A DNA stretch of 64,000 nucleotides from an uncultured Gemmatimonadales bacterium (GTDB lineage: Bacteria; Gemmatimonadota; Gemmatimonadetes; Longimicrobiales; Longimicrobiaceae), in assembly GCA_963716255.1 (NCBI GenBank), contig OY970303.1:1792001-1856000 (forward strand), given 5' to 3'. The position numbers and the translations under genes were made by a program. Under the pieces are notes generated by a model. That model made no database searches, was not told the origin of the DNA, and worked only from the letters and a program-made list of their open reading frames with translations. Positions 19,058-28,761 of the stretch are shown piece by piece. The first letter of the stretch is position 1. Each line of letters opens with the position of its first letter.

Positions 19058-21241
19058 ATGAGCATCAGGAACCCGAGAACCGTTCCGTCCGCCGGGCATC
19101 CCGGACCCTGGCCGGACCAGTGGCTGATGGACGAGTTCAGGAGGATCGGGCACGCGTCCGCGGCCCGGGCCGCGGGCATGACGGCGGCCACCGCGTGGGA
19201 AGCGCTTGCCGCGGCGGGCGTGGCGGACTCCGTCATCCTCAAGGCGGCGAGCGCGGCGACCCGGCTCCCTCCCGCGGACCTGTCCCGGGTGGAGGCCGAG
19301 CTGGCGTCCCTCCTCCCTCGCTCCGTGGCGCTGCGCTTCGGCGTGGTCCCCGTGCGGCTCCACGACGGGGTCCTGGAGGTCGCCTCCGCGGATCCGGTCC
19401 GGCACGGGCTGGCCGGGGAGATCGAGGCCGCCGTTTCGCGTCCCGTCCGCCTCGTCCTGGCGAGCCCCGCCCAGCTCCGCTCCGCGCGGGAAAGCCTGTA
19501 CCGGGCGCCGGCCCCGTCCCCGGCCACAGCGCCCCGGCACCCGGGGGCGGCTCCCGGGACGCCCGACCTCGACGGCACCCCCGTGGAGATCCTCGACCAC
19601 GTCCTCACGTCAGCGCTCCGCGACGGGGCCAGCGACATCCACCTGGAGCCGAAAGCGGACGGGATGCTGGTCCGCTTCCGGGTGGACGGCGCGCTGTACG
19701 ATTCCGGGTGGGTCCCCGGGGAAACCGCTCCTTCGCTCGTCAGCCGGATCAAGGTCACCGCCAACCTCGACATCGCCGACCGGATCCGTCCGCAGGACGG
19801 ACGGGCCATGACCCGGCTGGGCGGCAGGCCCGTGGACCTGCGCATCTCCACCCTCCCGCTGGGAGGGCTCGGAGAAAAGGTGGTGATCCGCATCCTGGAC
19901 TCCAGGGTCGCCAGCACCGGGCTGGAGGCCCTGGGGTTCACGCCGGCCGAGATGCACCGCCTGGACCGGCTCCTGAAGATGCGGGAGGGGATGATCCTCG
20001 CCACCGGGCCCACCGGGTCGGGAAAGACGACCACCCTGTACTCGGCGCTCCGGCACGTGCAGTCGTCGGAAAGCAACGTGGTGACGGTGGAGGACCCGAT
20101 CGAGTACCGGCTGCCGGGGATCAACCAGGTGCAGGTGAACGACAAGGCGGGGCTGAGCTTCGCGGCGGCGCTCCGCTCCATCCTGCGCCAGGACCCCGAC
20201 ATCGTCCTGGTGGGGGAGATCCGCGACGCGGAGACCGCGCAGATCGCCATCAAGGCCAGCATGACGGGGCACGTCGTGCTGTCCACGCTGCACACCAACG
20301 ACGCGCCGTCGGCCCTCTCGCGACTGGCGGACATCGGGGCGGAGGCGGGCGCCCTTTCGGGGGCGCTCAAGGGTGTGGTGGCCCAGCGGCTGGTGCGGCG
20401 GCTCTGCGGCGAGTGCAGCCAGCCGATCGCCCTGTCGGAGCTTCCCCCGGAGCAGCAGATGCTGCTGATGGGAAAGCACACCGACAAGCTCCGCCGGCAG
20501 GTGGGATGCCCGTCCTGCCGGGGGACCGGGTACCGGGGCCGGATGGTGGTGGCGGAGATCCTGGTCGTCAACGCCGAGATGCAGCACGCCATCGCCCGGG
20601 GGGCGAGTGTCCCGGAGCTGGCGGAGCTGGCCTGCAGGAACGGGATGCGGACGCTGTGGGAGTCCGGGCTGGAGCGCGTGCTGGCCGGGACCACCTCGCT
20701 CCACGAGCTGGTGGACAACGTGGCGGCCCCGGTGGCGCAGGACGGCGGCGCGCAGAGCGAGGTGGACGCGATCCTCGCCCGGCTGCTGGGGGGCGGAAGG
20801 AAGGACCCGGAGACAGCGGCGCCGCCGGCCGCGCCCATCTCCCGCGCCGGCCCGGCGCGGGCCGCGGGCGGCCCCGGCGCGAGGATCCTGGTCGTGGACG
20901 AGGACCGGGAGGCGCGCCGCGCGCTCCGGGCCGAGCTGGAGCAGGTGGGGTACCGGGTGATCGAGGCCGCGGACGGGGAGGCGGGGCTCGCCTATGCCCG
21001 CCGGCTGCGCCCGGACCTGGTGATCACCGAGCTCGCCATGCCCCGCCTGGACGGGATCGGGCTCCTGCAGGCCCTCCGCGACGAGGCGGGCGGCCCCCCG
21101 GTGGTGGTGTACACGAGCCAGGACGACGACGCGCTCATGGACTGGGCGCGCGAGCTGGGGGCGGGGGGTGTGTACGCCCGGCCGGCGGACGTGCGGATGC
21201 TCACGGCGTGCCTGCAGCCCGCGCGGCGCAACGCGGCGTAG
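19058..21241 (+). CDS. GspE/PilB family ATPase fused to a C-terminal atypical receiver domain
   Basis: ASDIHLEP, GPTGSGKTT, VEDPIEY, LRQDPDIVLVGEIRD, GH..LSTLHTN, CGEC/CPSC; then ILVVDED...PDLVITELAMPRLDG. Confidence 0.92.
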   Translation: MSIRNPRTVPSAGHPGPWPDQWLMDEFRRIGHASAARAAGMTAATAWEALAAAGVADSVILKAASAATRLPPADLSRVEAELASLLPRSVALRFGVVPVRLHDGVLEVASADPVRHGLAGEIEAAVSRPVRLVLASPAQLRSARESLYRAPAPSPATAPRHPGAAPGTPDLDGTPVEILDHVLTSALRDGASDIHLEPKADGMLVRFRVDGALYDSGWVPGETAPSLVSRIKVTANLDIADRIRPQDGRAMTRLGGRPVDLRISTLPLGGLGEKVVIRILDSRVASTGLEALGFTPAEMHRLDRLLKMREGMILATGPTGSGKTTTLYSALRHVQSSESNVVTVEDPIEYRLPGINQVQVNDKAGLSFAAALRSILRQDPDIVLVGEIRDAETAQIAIKASMTGHVVLSTLHTNDAPSALSRLADIGAEAGALSGALKGVVAQRLVRRLCGECSQPIALSELPPEQQMLLMGKHTDKLRRQVGCPSCRGTGYRGRMVVAEILVVNAEMQHAIARGASVPELAELACRNGMRTLWESGLERVLAGTTSLHELVDNVAAPVAQDGGAQSEVDAILARLLGGGRKDPETAAPPAAPISRAGPARAAGGPGARILVVDEDREARRALRAELEQVGYRVIEAADGEAGLAYARRLRPDLVITELAMPRLDGIGLLQALRDEAGGPPVVVYTSQDDDALMDWARELGAGGVYARPADVRMLTACLQPARRNAA

Positions 21242-21265
21242 CGGCCGCTGGAGCGGCGGCACCAG

Positions 21266-21306
21266 AAAGGCGCCCCCACCGGGATTTCCCGGTGGGGGCG
21301 CCTTTT
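21266..21306. terminator. Bidirectional terminator (hairpin family E)
   Basis: AAAGGCGCCCCCACCGGGA-TT-TCCCGGTGGGGGCGCCTTTT between convergent genes. Confidence 0.85.
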
Positions 21307-21338
21307 CGTACGGCGTGCTTCGTATGTCGTACTGCTGT

Positions 21339-22802
21339 TCAGGGCCGCGTCTGCCCGCCGGCCGCGGGCACCGGCCTCGCCTCGGGCGCGGCCTCGGCGG
21401 GGGCGTTGCGGCCGGGCTTCACGGCGGAGGAGTCGGTGCCGGGCTCGGGGCGGCCGGTGCGGGCGGCCCGGGCGGCGGCGGGGTCGGTGACGTCGCCGCG
21501 GGCCTGCTCGGCGGCCTTGCGGCGCGCCTCGGCCACGCCCTCCCGCTCGAAGCGCCGCACCATCGCCTGCACCTCCGGCGGGGCCGTGTAGGAGGCGGCC
21601 TTGTGCGACTGCGTCTCCCGGTCCAGCCCGGCCAGGAAGGGCTCGTACTTGGAGCCGGGGTGCCACAGGACCCAGTCGTCGTAGCCCACGTCGTACACCG
21701 CCTTCTTCTGCTGGCGGATCTGCTCCGGGCCGTACTCCTGGTGGTTGCGCCCCAGCCAGGGGGCGGAGAACGCCTGGAGCCAGGGCATCACCCGCGCCGG
21801 CTTCACCCCCGCCTCCGCCATGGCGTCGCTGCGCAGCCGCGCCATCCCCGCCGACTTGAAGATGGTCTCGTACGGCATCAGGTCCGGCCTGGGCACGCCG
21901 GGGAGGTGCACGGGGAGGTAGTGCGACGGGTACATCATGGGGAGCAGGTGGTCCGCGATGGCGGAGAGCGTCTCCCACTGCTGGCCGATGTTGACGTCCT
22001 GCGGGTCGTTGGGCGACAGCCCGAACACGTCCGCCGTCACCGTCACGCCCAGCGGGTGAAGGCGCCGCTTGGCCTCGTTGAGGAACGCGGCGATGGCGTC
22101 CGTGCGGTCGCCCCTGGCCTTTGGATGCACCTGCGCGGGCAGGCTCCGGTACGGCTCCGCGAAGCGGACGTAGTCGAACTGGATCTCGTCGAAGCCGGCC
22201 TTCGCGACCTCCTCGGCGATGTCCAGGTTGTAGTCCCACACGTTCTCGTCCCAGGGGCTCACCCAGGTGTTTCCGGCCTTGTCCACCCACAGGCCGCCCC
22301 CCGGCCGCTGCACCGACCAATCGGGCTTCGCCTTGGACAGGATGGGGTCCTTGAACACCACGATGCGCGCCATGGTGTAGATGCCGTGCGCCTTGAGCGT
22401 GTCCACGAACGTCTTCAGGTTTTCCAGCGTGTTCTCGCCCGGCTGCTGGAGCTGCTTGGGGAGGGGGAGCGCCGTGGTGTAGTGCACGCCCCGCTCCGAC
22501 TTGACGTCCACCACGAAGGCGTTGATCTCCGTGTCGTCCGCCATCTTGATGAGCTTGGGGAGCCGGTTGGGCGACCCGGCCGCGTACGCGTTCAGGTACA
22601 GCCCGCGGATCTGCGCGGGGGCCTCGTCGCGCGGCGAACTGGCGGCCGCGGCCGGCCGGGCCACGCCCGCGGCGGTGTCGGACGCGGCGGCGGCGGTGCT
22701 GTCGCCGCCGGTAGCGGCACCCTGCGCGCCCCCGCCCCCGTCGCCGCAGGCGGCGAGCAGGGCGAGCGCGGCGACCAGGACGGAATCGCGTAGCTTCAGC
22801 AT
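21339..22802 (-). CDS. Putative glycoside hydrolase lipoprotein (DUF4015-like TIM barrel)
   Basis: Lipobox LAAC; INAFVVDVK, ARIVVFKD, GFDEIQFDYVRF, MMYPSHY, PWLQAF. Confidence 0.85.
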   Translation of the reverse strand: MLKLRDSVLVAALALLAACGDGGGGAQGAATGGDSTAAAASDTAAGVARPAAAASSPRDEAPAQIRGLYLNAYAAGSPNRLPKLIKMADDTEINAFVVDVKSERGVHYTTALPLPKQLQQPGENTLENLKTFVDTLKAHGIYTMARIVVFKDPILSKAKPDWSVQRPGGGLWVDKAGNTWVSPWDENVWDYNLDIAEEVAKAGFDEIQFDYVRFAEPYRSLPAQVHPKARGDRTDAIAAFLNEAKRRLHPLGVTVTADVFGLSPNDPQDVNIGQQWETLSAIADHLLPMMYPSHYLPVHLPGVPRPDLMPYETIFKSAGMARLRSDAMAEAGVKPARVMPWLQAFSAPWLGRNHQEYGPEQIRQQKKAVYDVGYDDWVLWHPGSKYEPFLAGLDRETQSHKAASYTAPPEVQAMVRRFEREGVAEARRKAAEQARGDVTDPAAARAARTGRPEPGTDSSAVKPGRNAPAEAAPEARPVPAAGGQTRP

Positions 22803-23009
22803 GCGGTCTCGGACGATTGGGAGGGGTCCTTCCGGGTGGCGCGGGGGCGCCGGAGCGCCGGAGCGCCGGAGCGCAGGAAGGATGGCAACATTCGCGCCGC
22901 CTGCCAAGCCCTTGGGGAGCGCGCCGGATCGCGAAAGCCACGGGAGGCGTCCGGCCGCGGCCGGGCGCCTCCCGTGGTGTCGTACCTCCCGCCGACGCAG
23001 CGCGATGCC

Positions 23010-23140
23010 GCGTGAGGGATTTCGGCCCGAAGGGACGAGACCCGCGGGCAGTTTCGCGGGGCTCGACTCCGTCAGCGAGCGTTGTTTGCTCGCTTACGGA
23101 GCCGAAGCCCGACCCCGGCGCGGCCGGGGGCACGCCCGAA
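23010..23140 (+). repeat. Structured repeat family A, copy 7
   Basis: Inner hairpin AGCGAGC-GTTGTTT-GCTCGCT. Confidence 0.9.
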
Positions 23141-23149
23141 TCACGCGGT

Positions 23150-25198
23150 TCAGTTCCTTCGGTTCCTGCTCGCCACGTGCTCCGGCGCGACCCACAGGTT
23201 GTTTTCCGGGTTCACGTCCGGGAAGATGAAGTCCGGGTCGATCTGCACGCGCACCGGGCGGCCGTACACCGGCACCGTCAGCGTCGCGGTGCGCAGCCGG
23301 TCCTCGGTCCACAATTCCACGGGGAGCTCGGCGCGGGTGATCGCGCCGTTGTCGGCGGTCACCACCACGGGGATCGGCGCGGGGACCTCGCCCAGGTCGC
23401 GGATGGTGACGCGCACCGCGCCCGGCTCCGTGGTCTCCACCGCCACGATGGCGTAGTCCAGCGTCCCGGTCTCCCACCACCACGGGTACCAGAACCAGTC
23501 CAGGTCGCGCCCCGCCACCCGCTCCACCGTGTCAAAGAAGTCCCACGGGTACGGGTGCCGGAAGCGCCACTCCCGCGCGTAGGTGGAAAAGGCCTGCGCG
23601 AACACGCTGTCCCCCACCACCCCGCCGAGCGAGCGAAGGAGCAGCCCCGGCTTGGTGTAGGCGGCGAGAGTACGGGCGCCGTACGGGCTCACCAGGTCGG
23701 TGTGGCGCATGAGCGGGACCTCGCGCTCGGTCCCCGCCACCACGATGTAGCCGGCGGCCTCGTCCAGGAAGGGCGACGGGGAGCCGGGAAAGTAGGCCTC
23801 CTGGGCGCGCACCTGCATGTAGGTGGCGAAGCCCTCGTCCATCCAGGCGAACGCGGCCTCGTTCTCCCCCACCATCATGGGGAACCACTGGTGCGCCACC
23901 TCGTGGGCGATCACGGAGTGCAGGTCGGCGGCCGCGTCGGGGCGCGCGATGAACACCAGGTTGGGGTACTCCATGCCGTAGATGGGCCCTTCGGACACCG
24001 TCATCTGCGGGTAGGCGTACGGCATCACCGTCCGGCTGAAGAACTCGATGGAGTGTCGCCCGTAGCGCACGGCTTCGCCCCACCCGGGCGCGCCGGGGCG
24101 GTAGAGCGAGTTCACCATCACTTCGCGCGCGGGGGCGCTCCCCTCGGCGGGAACGGCGGCGCGGGCGGCGTCCCACACGTAGCGGTCCGACGCGGCGAAG
24201 GCGAAGTCCCGCACGTCGGCGGCGGTGAATCGCCAGGTGAGGCGCCCGTCGGCGCCGCGCCGGGTGGCGCCCCCGGCGGCCAGGTCGGCCTCGGTGACCA
24301 CGCGCGCCACGGAGTCCGCGCCGGAGGCGACGGCGGCCAGCCTCGCCTGCGCCTGCGGGGTGAGGACCTGCTCGGGATTGCGCAGCGTCCCGGTGGCGCC
24401 CACCAGCCACCCCGCCGGGAGGGTCAGCGACACGTCCCAGTCGCCGTACTCCAGGTAGAACTCGCCGTCGCCCAGGTACGGGGTCGCGTCCCAGCCGTAC
24501 ACGTCGTCGTACGTGGCCACCTGGGGGTACCACTGCGCCACCTGGAGCACGCGGCCGCCCAGCGCGTCCTCCCACCCGGTGCGGAAGGCGCCCACCGGCG
24601 GGACGGTGTGGCGCCACTCCACCTCCAGCACCACGCTGTCGCCGGGGACGACGGCGCGCGGCAGCACCAGCCGCGCGAGCGTCCCCTCCACCGCGTAGCC
24701 CACCGGCATCCGCTCCTCGGGCGTGACCACCGGGATCTCGTCTGCCGTGCGCACCGCCAGCGGCTGACCCTGCGCGGCGACGCGCTCCAGCGTCACCCCG
24801 CCGGTGTTGGGCGCGTAGCGGTTCCGCGGCACGCTCTCGGTGAAGATGTTCTGGTACAGGTTGAGCACCACCGTGGTGAGCGGCACCGGCGACCGGTTGC
24901 GGTACACGACGCGCTCGCGGCCCCGCAGCAGCGCCGTCGCCGGGTCCAGCTCCGCCTCGATCCGGTAGCTCACCCGCTGCTGCCAGTAGCGCTCCCCCGG
25001 CGCGCCCGTGGGGGAGCGCGTTCCCCGCTGTACCGCCTGGCGGTACGACAGGGGAACGGGGACGGGACGGAGGAGCAGGCGCGTGGCGGTGTCCCCCGCC
25101 GCCGCGGGCGACGACGCGGGGCGGCCGAACGGCGAGCAGGCGGCAGAGGCGAGGAGCGCCGCCAGAAGGGTGGTGCTGCGGAACGGGCTTGGAATCAC
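23150..25198 (-). CDS. M1 family metallo-aminopeptidase (lipoprotein)
   Basis: GMEYP, HEVAHQWF followed by WMDEG (HExxH-x18-E); lipobox-like SAAC; GTG start with GGAG. Confidence 0.92.
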   Translation of the reverse strand: MIPSPFRSTTLLAALLASAACSPFGRPASSPAAAGDTATRLLLRPVPVPLSYRQAVQRGTRSPTGAPGERYWQQRVSYRIEAELDPATALLRGRERVVYRNRSPVPLTTVVLNLYQNIFTESVPRNRYAPNTGGVTLERVAAQGQPLAVRTADEIPVVTPEERMPVGYAVEGTLARLVLPRAVVPGDSVVLEVEWRHTVPPVGAFRTGWEDALGGRVLQVAQWYPQVATYDDVYGWDATPYLGDGEFYLEYGDWDVSLTLPAGWLVGATGTLRNPEQVLTPQAQARLAAVASGADSVARVVTEADLAAGGATRRGADGRLTWRFTAADVRDFAFAASDRYVWDAARAAVPAEGSAPAREVMVNSLYRPGAPGWGEAVRYGRHSIEFFSRTVMPYAYPQMTVSEGPIYGMEYPNLVFIARPDAAADLHSVIAHEVAHQWFPMMVGENEAAFAWMDEGFATYMQVRAQEAYFPGSPSPFLDEAAGYIVVAGTEREVPLMRHTDLVSPYGARTLAAYTKPGLLLRSLGGVVGDSVFAQAFSTYAREWRFRHPYPWDFFDTVERVAGRDLDWFWYPWWWETGTLDYAIVAVETTEPGAVRVTIRDLGEVPAPIPVVVTADNGAITRAELPVELWTEDRLRTATLTVPVYGRPVRVQIDPDFIFPDVNPENNLWVAPEHVASRNRRN

Positions 25199-25335
25199 GG
25201 GACGCACTCCGGTTTTTGGCGAAGGGTCCCGCAAGGTAGGGGCCGGCAGGGAAAAGTCAACGGAAGTGGTTGCCGCGAAAGGGCCGGGAGCCGCGCGGCC
25301 GCGCCGGCCGGAGCCGGGGACCGCCGAACGCCCCG

Positions 25336-26238
25336 CTACGGCGCGCGGGGCCCTGGCCCCGCCGCCTCTTCCGGGGGAGCGGCGGCGCGCAGCAGGCCCG
25401 CCACGCCCAGGAGGTACCCGAGGACCGGGGAAACGCCGTAGCCCATGACCGGCACGGGGAAGCTCCCGGCGAGGGGGGCGAGGAGCGTGACGGCCACGTA
25501 CGCGCCCAGCGCCAGGCCCACGCGGCTCCCGGCGCGCCGTCCGGCCAGGAGGAACGGCACCGGCAGCAGCGCCAGCGCCGCTGCCGCCGCCACGGCCCAT
25601 CCCGCGCCGAGCCCGGCGGCCAGCCCCAGGATGCCCTCCACGTGGGGGACCGGGGCCACCGGATCCCTCCGCAGCCAGGCCAGGACGGCGAGAAGCGGCA
25701 GCGGCAGCAGGCCGGCGAGCCGTGGCGGGCGTCCGCCCGCCCCCGGCAGCAGCAGGACCACGGCCCCCGCCGCGAAGGCCGTGGCCTGCGCGGCATCGGG
25801 CTGAAGCAGGAGGGCGAGCGCCACACCGGCGGCGACCCCGGTGGCGGCCCACCACCCCCGCGACCGCGCGAGGGTCGCCAGCGCGGCGAGCAGGAGCGGC
25901 AGGAGGACCGCCGCGGCGTGGAGGCGGACCGGGCCGAGCTTCACCCACCGGTGGACGCCCTGCACCCCCGGGTCGAGCAGCGTGGCGGCGAGCGCCCCCA
26001 GGGCGAGCACGGCGACGACGTCGGCCCACCTTCCCCGCGCGGACGAGGCCCGGGTGCGCCCGGCGGCCAGGCATGCCAGCACGCCCGCGGCCCAGGCGGC
26101 AAGGTTCTGGCCCCACAGGGCCGCCGGCACGCCGGACGCCCGCATGACCAGCACACCCGCCAGGAGCGCCGGCACGGGGGCGAGCAGCAGCAACAGCGTT
26201 CCGCGGCGCGGGATGGTCCGATGCGCCTCCGTCGTCAT
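25336..26238 (-). CDS. FtsW/RodA/SpoVE (SEDS)-like membrane protein, short divergent form
   Basis: GVHRWVKLGP, LLLQPD, FPVPVMGYGVS; multiple TM segments; 300 aa. Confidence 0.7.
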   Translation of the reverse strand: MTTEAHRTIPRRGTLLLLLAPVPALLAGVLVMRASGVPAALWGQNLAAWAAGVLACLAAGRTRASSARGRWADVVAVLALGALAATLLDPGVQGVHRWVKLGPVRLHAAAVLLPLLLAALATLARSRGWWAATGVAAGVALALLLQPDAAQATAFAAGAVVLLLPGAGGRPPRLAGLLPLPLLAVLAWLRRDPVAPVPHVEGILGLAAGLGAGWAVAAAAALALLPVPFLLAGRRAGSRVGLALGAYVAVTLLAPLAGSFPVPVMGYGVSPVLGYLLGVAGLLRAAAPPEEAAGPGPRAP

Positions 26239-26286
26239 GATCTGTATTGCGTGGGGGTGGATGCCGGCGCGGAGCCGGAAGGGGCG

Positions 26287-26814
26287 CTACTCCTCGGGGA
26301 TGGCCAGCTCCATCTCGGCCTCGGAGGAGTAGATGGTCTCGGGGCGGAAGCGGAAGCCGATCTTCTCGTACGAGCGCACCGCGGCGCGGTTGTGGGGCTC
26401 CACCGAGAGCCAGAGGCGGCGCAGCCCGAGCGCGCCCGCCACCTCCGCGGCCACCCGGTTCACCTTGGTGCCCACCCCGCGGCCGCGGATGGCGTGGTCC
26501 AGGAAGATGGCGTACTCGGCAACGCCCTGCTTGTCGGTGGGGACCATGAAGGCGTGCCCCACCACCTCCCCTTCGGCCTCCACCAGCAGGTGGGTGCCGC
26601 CGCGGAGGATGTTGTCCAGCCAGCGCCCGATGCGGTGGCTCCCCTCGGGGGGGAGCCCCTGGGCGGCGCGCTTGGGCTCGAAGCCGTCGTAGAAGCGGGC
26701 GATCGTCTCGCGCTCGGCGGGGTTCATCTCGCGGACGAGGAACGACTGGCCCTCGCGGTCGTGCAGGGTCACGGGGAGGATGTGGTTGAGGGGCGGTGCG
26801 GAAAGGGCGGGCAC
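26287..26814 (-). CDS. GNAT family N-acetyltransferase
   Basis: RGRGVG acetyl-CoA motif and NRAAVRSYEKIGF; start 1 nt after the acuC stop. Confidence 0.88.
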   Translation of the reverse strand: MPALSAPPLNHILPVTLHDREGQSFLVREMNPAERETIARFYDGFEPKRAAQGLPPEGSHRIGRWLDNILRGGTHLLVEAEGEVVGHAFMVPTDKQGVAEYAIFLDHAIRGRGVGTKVNRVAAEVAGALGLRRLWLSVEPHNRAAVRSYEKIGFRFRPETIYSSEAEMELAIPEE

Positions 26815-26815
26815 G

Positions 26816-27991
26816 TCAGAAGCCCATCCCCCACCCGCGCAGCAGCGGCAGGGCCTGGCGGCGGAGCGACTCCAGCGTCCGCAGGTTGACGGCGGCCACC
26901 TCGGCGCGGCGGGGGACGGCGGGGAAGGCGCCCGGCTCGTCGCGAAGGCGCTCGGGCAGGAGCTCGGGGCTCTCCCCCTGCCAGCGGTCCAGCCACTCGC
27001 GGGGGATGCGGTCCGGGGCCTTCTGCCCGGAAAGGCCGGCCCACACCAGCGACCAGGCGCGCGGCACCACCGTCCAGATGGCGTAGCCCCCACCCCCCGT
27101 GGCGACGATGCGCCCGCCGCACACGCGGTCGGCCACCTCGCAGGTGATGCGGACGGTCTCCTCGTACAGCCGGGTGGTGGCGCGCAGGTGGGTGAGCGGG
27201 TCCAGCGTGTGCCCGTCGCACCCGTTCTGCAGGACGATGACGTCCGGGCGGAACGCCTCGGCCACCTCGGGGAGGAGGCGCGAGTACAGGTCGATCCAGG
27301 AGTCGTCCTCGGTGGAGGGGTCCAGCGGCAGGTTCAGCGAGTAGCCGTAGCCTTCGCCCTCGCCCAGCTCGTCCACGAAGCCGGTGCCGGGGAACAGGTA
27401 TCGCCCGGACTCGTGGATGGAGAGCGTGAGGACGTCCGGGTCCTCGTAGAAGATCCCCTGCACCCCGTCGCCGTGGTGGGCGTCGTAGTCGATGTACAGC
27501 ACCCGCCCGCCGTGCTCCCGGCGGATCCAGGCGATGGCGGCGGCCAGGTCGTCGTACACGCAGAAGCCGGACGCCTTGGCGCGGTGCGCGTGGTGGAGCC
27601 CGCCGGCCACGTTGAAGGCGCGGGTGGCCTCGCCGGACATCACCACCTCGGCGGCGCGGATCGTCCCGCCCACCACCGCGGCGGTGGCGTCGTGCATCCC
27701 GGGGAACACCGGGGTGTCGTCGGTTCCCAGCCCCCAGTGCCAGGCGTCGCGGGTGTCGGCCCCCTCCGCCCCCAGCCGCTTCACCGCGGCCACGTACTCG
27801 GGGGCGTGCACGCGCAGCAGCTCCTCGTCGGTGGCGACGCGCGGCGCGACCACGCTCACCCCCGGGCCGTCCATCAGCCCCAGCGCCTCGATCAGCGAGA
27901 CGGCCAGCTCCACGCGGCGGGGGTTGAAGGGGTGGTCGGGGCGGAAGCGGTACCCCAGCACCATGGGGTCCCAGATCAGGGCGCTCTTCAT
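26816..27991 (-). CDS. acuC: Acetoin utilization protein AcuC (zinc-dependent HDAC-family deacetylase)
   Basis: HPFNPRR, GGLHH, DYDAHHGDG, SIHE..YLFPGTG, QNGCD..DPLTHL, GGGGY. Confidence 0.92.
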   Translation of the reverse strand: MKSALIWDPMVLGYRFRPDHPFNPRRVELAVSLIEALGLMDGPGVSVVAPRVATDEELLRVHAPEYVAAVKRLGAEGADTRDAWHWGLGTDDTPVFPGMHDATAAVVGGTIRAAEVVMSGEATRAFNVAGGLHHAHRAKASGFCVYDDLAAAIAWIRREHGGRVLYIDYDAHHGDGVQGIFYEDPDVLTLSIHESGRYLFPGTGFVDELGEGEGYGYSLNLPLDPSTEDDSWIDLYSRLLPEVAEAFRPDVIVLQNGCDGHTLDPLTHLRATTRLYEETVRITCEVADRVCGGRIVATGGGGYAIWTVVPRAWSLVWAGLSGQKAPDRIPREWLDRWQGESPELLPERLRDEPGAFPAVPRRAEVAAVNLRTLESLRRQALPLLRGWGMGF

Positions 27992-27998
27992 CCGCGGC

Positions 27999-28670
27999 TC
28001 ACCGCGTGAGGAGGGCGCGGACGTCCTCCTCCAGCGAGGGCCACCCCACCCGGAACCCGGCCGCCTCCAGCGCGCCGATCACTTCCCGCGGGTCGATGGT
28101 CCCCAGGTGGAAGATGACCGTCTTGCCGCCCTCCACCCGCACCGGCGACACCAGCACGCTGACGATGTTCACGGAGTGCCCGGCCAGGATGGACACGGCG
28201 CGCGCCAGCTCGCCGGGGCGGTCCGGGAGCGCCACCTCCAGCCGCGAGGCGGGCTCGGTGCCGCCCAGGATCTGCACCATTGCGCTCAGCAGGTCGCTTT
28301 CCGAGAGAATGCCCTGGAGCCGCCCGGCCGTGTCCGTCACCGGCACCGCGCCGATGCGGTGCCGGCAGAGCAGCTTTGCCGCGTCCTCGATGGGGTCGGC
28401 GCCGGTGCAGGTGACCACCTCGGCGGTCATGACCGCGGAGATGGGGGTGCGCTCCAGGAAATCCACCCGCTCGGGGTCCGCCACCGTGAGCGGCGAGGGC
28501 ATCGCCAGGCGGATGTCGCGGTCGGACAGGATCCCCACCAGGACCCCGGCGCCGTCCACGACGGGGAGGTGCCGGACGCGGTGCTCCCGGGTGAGGCGGA
28601 GGGCGTGCGCCAGGGAATCGTCGGGCCCCACGGTGAAGGGGTCCCGGGTCATGCGGTGTCGGACGAGCAT
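27999..28670 (-). CDS. acuB: CBS-pair + ACT domain protein (AcuB-like)
   Basis: Two CBS domains (RHLPVVD, GILSDRD; IGAVPV, GILSESD) then DRPGELA ACT motif; directly upstream of acuC. Confidence 0.88.
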   Translation of the reverse strand: MLVRHRMTRDPFTVGPDDSLAHALRLTREHRVRHLPVVDGAGVLVGILSDRDIRLAMPSPLTVADPERVDFLERTPISAVMTAEVVTCTGADPIEDAAKLLCRHRIGAVPVTDTAGRLQGILSESDLLSAMVQILGGTEPASRLEVALPDRPGELARAVSILAGHSVNIVSVLVSPVRVEGGKTVIFHLGTIDPREVIGALEAAGFRVGWPSLEEDVRALLTR

Positions 28671-28761
28671 CGCGAAGGAGGGGGGTACGGAGCGGCCGCG
28701 GGCGCGGGCCGGGAAAGGCCTCGCGCCCCGGGGGTGCGGCGGGCCTCGGCGGCCCGGGGCC

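Noticed and set aside
22846..22874. Short tandem repeat (GCGCCGGA) upstream of the glycoside hydrolase gene
   Set aside because: Only about three units in GC-rich DNA; no evidence for phase variation or function.
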